Shown: positions 61,739 through 64,000 of the stretch, in pieces
Layout: every line of letters starts with the position of its first letter
How positions within the stretch are numbered: the stretch's first letter is position 1
Assembly: GCA_963704885.1 (NCBI GenBank)
Contig: CAVPIB010000001.1
Span: 480,001-544,000 of the forward strand
From: an uncultured Actinomycetes bacterium
GTDB taxonomy: Bacteria > Actinomycetota > UBA4738 > HRBIN12
DNA length: 64,000 nucleotides
Direction: 5' to 3'
Notes under the pieces: generated by a model
What the model was told of the DNA's origin: nothing
Databases searched by the model: none
What the model saw: the letters and a program-made list of their open reading frames with translations, nothing else
Program-made: the position numbers and the translations under genes

Positions 61739-62098
61739 CTAGTCGTGGGTTGTTGCGTAGTCCGAGGCGCCGAGGAAGTGCAGTGAGACGTACGGCTCGT
61801 CGCCGACCACCCAGCTGTCGTGCCCGGGTGGGATCGCGAACAGATCTCCAGGCTCCATCACGAACTTCCGGCCGTCGTTCATGGAGCACATCGCGCGACC
61901 CGACACGACGAGCCCCAGATGTTCTACCTCGCAGGACGCGGTGCCGGTGATCGCACCGACGTGCTCGGACCACTTCCATCCCGGCTCGTACTTCGCGCGG
62001 CCGATGGTCATGTCGCCGATCCGCACGACCTCGAAGGTCCCCTTCTCGAACGTACGCGTCTCGTCGGGTGAATCGAACCGCTTGACCTCCAGCTCCAT
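61739..62098 (-). CDS. Cupin domain protein
   Basis: PGWKWSEHV, CEVEHLG and IPPGHDSWVVG motifs; RBS GGAGG. Confidence 0.9.
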   Translation of the reverse strand: MELEVKRFDSPDETRTFEKGTFEVVRIGDMTIGRAKYEPGWKWSEHVGAITGTASCEVEHLGLVVSGRAMCSMNDGRKFVMEPGDLFAIPPGHDSWVVGDEPYVSLHFLGASDYATTHD

Positions 62099-62124
62099 CC
62101 GTCCCCTCCTTCGAGGGGTCGAGG

Positions 62125-63903
62125 CTACGCCAGCGCCGCGTCCACCGCCGCCTGAACCTCCATGTGTCGTTCTAGATTCCGGGCTCGGTCGGAGGGCACC
62201 TCGATGATGTGGACACCCCCTGCGGTCGCGGCAGCCTCTACGGCAGGGACCAGATCGGCGGCACTCTCGATCCGGGTGTGGCCCGCGTCGGCCGCGACGC
62301 AGAGCGCACCGAGGTCGAGCCCGTGCGGCGTCGCGAACAGCTCCTCGAACTCGGCCAGATCCCTCTGCGGCAAGAACGAGAACACGCCGCCTCCATCGTT
62401 GTTCGGCACCACGAAGACGGCGGCCAGGCCACGCGACGCGCTCCACAGCAGCGATCCGGCGTCGTGCAGGAGCGTCAGGTCGCCGCAGAGCGCGTACGTC
62501 GGTGTACCGGTCGCGGCCACGCCCAGCACCGTCGACACGAACCCATCGATCCCGCTGGCTCCCCGGTTGGCCAACACGCGGAGACCTTCGCGCGGCGCCA
62601 TCGAGTAGTCGAGGTCACGGATCGGCATGGATGAGCCCACCACGAGGGTGCCGCCCTCCGGGATCATCGCGGCGAGGTCGCGCGCGATGCGGAGCTCGGA
62701 GACGCTGCGATCGGCGTCGAGCACCTCGTCCATCGCGCGCCGCGCGCGCTCGTCGAGATCGTTCCACGTCTCGTTCCATCCGTCCGGTGCGGGTTCGATC
62801 CTGCGCGCCATCAACTCGGTATACGGCGGTGGCGGCACGTCGGAGCCCATCATCATGAACCCCACGGGGTCGCCCTCACGCACGATCGGGCGGCCCGCCA
62901 AACCCGCGGCCAGTCGATCGGGGTCGGCGTGGATCCGCAGCGCTGCTCGATGCTCCGGATCTGGGTCTGGGTGGAACAGATCTACGACGATGAGCCGCCC
63001 GGCTGCGGCCACTAGCGACTGGGTTGCCCGCGTGGTCGGCGTCGCCCCGACCTGTAAGACGACCTCCGGTCGATAGAGGTCGATGAACCCGCGTGATGCG
63101 ATCAGCGCCTGGCCGGCGGCGAGCGCCGTCCCCGGCCGGCGAACCCCCGACGTCGGTTCCGCCAGGACCGGCCAGCCGAGCCGACCCGCGAGCTGCGCGA
63201 TCAGTTCGGGCGCCCTCCACCAGCTGGAGCCGGCGACCACGACACCACGAGCGCCCGAGATCGCCTCGGCCACGCGATCGACATCCTCAGTGGCCGGTTC
63301 GGGATCCCTGTCGGGGCGTTCGGCGCGCCCGGGTTCGCGATCAGCCATATCCAACGGGTCGCCCGAGGGGACGAGCGGCTCCTCGAAAGGACAGTTCAGA
63401 TGGACCGGGCCGGGCTGCGGTCCTCCTGACGCCCTCACGGCCTCTCGGCCCACCCTCCGCCATGAAGCGGCGTCACCCTGAACCGACGGCACGGGAAGTT
63501 CGATGGATGCCCGCGGATACCCGCCGAACAGACCGGATTGATCGATGGTCTGGTTCGCGCCGGTGCCGCGCAGCCGTGGCGGACGGTCTGCGGTCAACAG
63601 ATAGATGGGCACGCGGGCCTGAGAGGCCTCGACCACGGCGGGGAACAGCTCCGCGGCTGCGGTCCCGCTGGTGCAGACGACCGCGACCGGGCGGCGCAGC
63701 GACTTGGCGATCCCGAGCGCGAAGAAGGAGCTCGAACGTTCGTCCAGATGCACGTGCACCTGAACACCTGGAAGGCGCGCCAGAGCCAGCGCGAGCGGGG
63801 TGGAGCGTGAGCCGGGAGAAACGCACGCGTGGCGCATCCCGCCCAAGACCAGCTCGTCCACCAGGGACATCGCGCACGCGAGGGAGATGTCACCCGTGTC
63901 CAT
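62125..63903 (-). CDS. menD: SEPHCHC synthase MenD
   Basis: SPGSRSTPL, DERS, CTSGTA, TADRP, NRGASGIDG and NNDGGG motifs. Confidence 0.96.
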   Translation of the reverse strand: MDTGDISLACAMSLVDELVLGGMRHACVSPGSRSTPLALALARLPGVQVHVHLDERSSSFFALGIAKSLRRPVAVVCTSGTAAAELFPAVVEASQARVPIYLLTADRPPRLRGTGANQTIDQSGLFGGYPRASIELPVPSVQGDAASWRRVGREAVRASGGPQPGPVHLNCPFEEPLVPSGDPLDMADREPGRAERPDRDPEPATEDVDRVAEAISGARGVVVAGSSWWRAPELIAQLAGRLGWPVLAEPTSGVRRPGTALAAGQALIASRGFIDLYRPEVVLQVGATPTTRATQSLVAAAGRLIVVDLFHPDPDPEHRAALRIHADPDRLAAGLAGRPIVREGDPVGFMMMGSDVPPPPYTELMARRIEPAPDGWNETWNDLDERARRAMDEVLDADRSVSELRIARDLAAMIPEGGTLVVGSSMPIRDLDYSMAPREGLRVLANRGASGIDGFVSTVLGVAATGTPTYALCGDLTLLHDAGSLLWSASRGLAAVFVVPNNDGGGVFSFLPQRDLAEFEELFATPHGLDLGALCVAADAGHTRIESAADLVPAVEAAATAGGVHIIEVPSDRARNLERHMEVQAAVDAALA

Positions 63904-63905
63904 CG

Positions 63906-64000
63906 TCACGTCGCCGGGACGCTGTTCACGACGAAGTGCATGTGAGACAGCGCCAGGCCGAGGGTCAGGAGCAGTCCGCAGGCAGCGTGCGTCGCTGCCG
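63906..64000 (-). CDS. 3' end of a membrane protein gene, possibly MenA (partial)
   Basis: AATHAACGLLLTLGLAL...* ends at the menD start; hydrophobic tail; men-operon context. Confidence 0.45.
   Translation of the reverse strand, partial: AATHAACGLLLTLGLALSHMHFVVNSVPAT

Overview
A high-GC Actinomycetota chromosome segment, probably from a metagenome assembly. It is densely coding, with no CRISPR array, prophage or transposase detectable. From left to right it holds: the 3' end of a sigma-70 gene; metabolic genes (acyltransferase, Zn-ADH, M20 peptidase, FGGY kinase, Ppx, Tat-type flavin amine oxidase); tRNA-Sec (selC); PadR with a tandem operator; an Rv3661-like HAD hydrolase followed by a compact Ms1-like RNA; an M15 peptidase; two paralogous sulfatase+Ig-like proteins; and a MoaD/BNR pair. 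A Tad pilus locus is split, with cpaE about 21 kb upstream of tadABC-flp-tadE. The gap contains a ~2560-aa, 17-repeat DUF11 surface protein with a near-exact 1500-bp duplication, two GcvT-family dehydrogenases with ETF, a Tat-exported agmatine-deiminase-like enzyme, and an ECF/anti-sigma/ABC module. The right end has DUF5318-PBP1A, a two-component system, GT-C glycosyltransferases, menaquinone genes and a LigC/Prim-Pol pair. Three signals are missing from the ORF track: (1) a UGA-recoded selenoprotein candidate (WAG-U-VSDA plus a SECIS-like hairpin) at 36.1-36.4 kb, supported by selC in the same window; (2) the ~140-nt Ms1-like RNA with its own sigma-A promoter; (3) 12 frameshifts that are all +1 at a codon third position, 11 of them carrying both synonymous wobble bases, which points to a strain-mixture consensus artefact rather than pseudogenes. 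All family assignments come from recognised motifs; no database searches were run.
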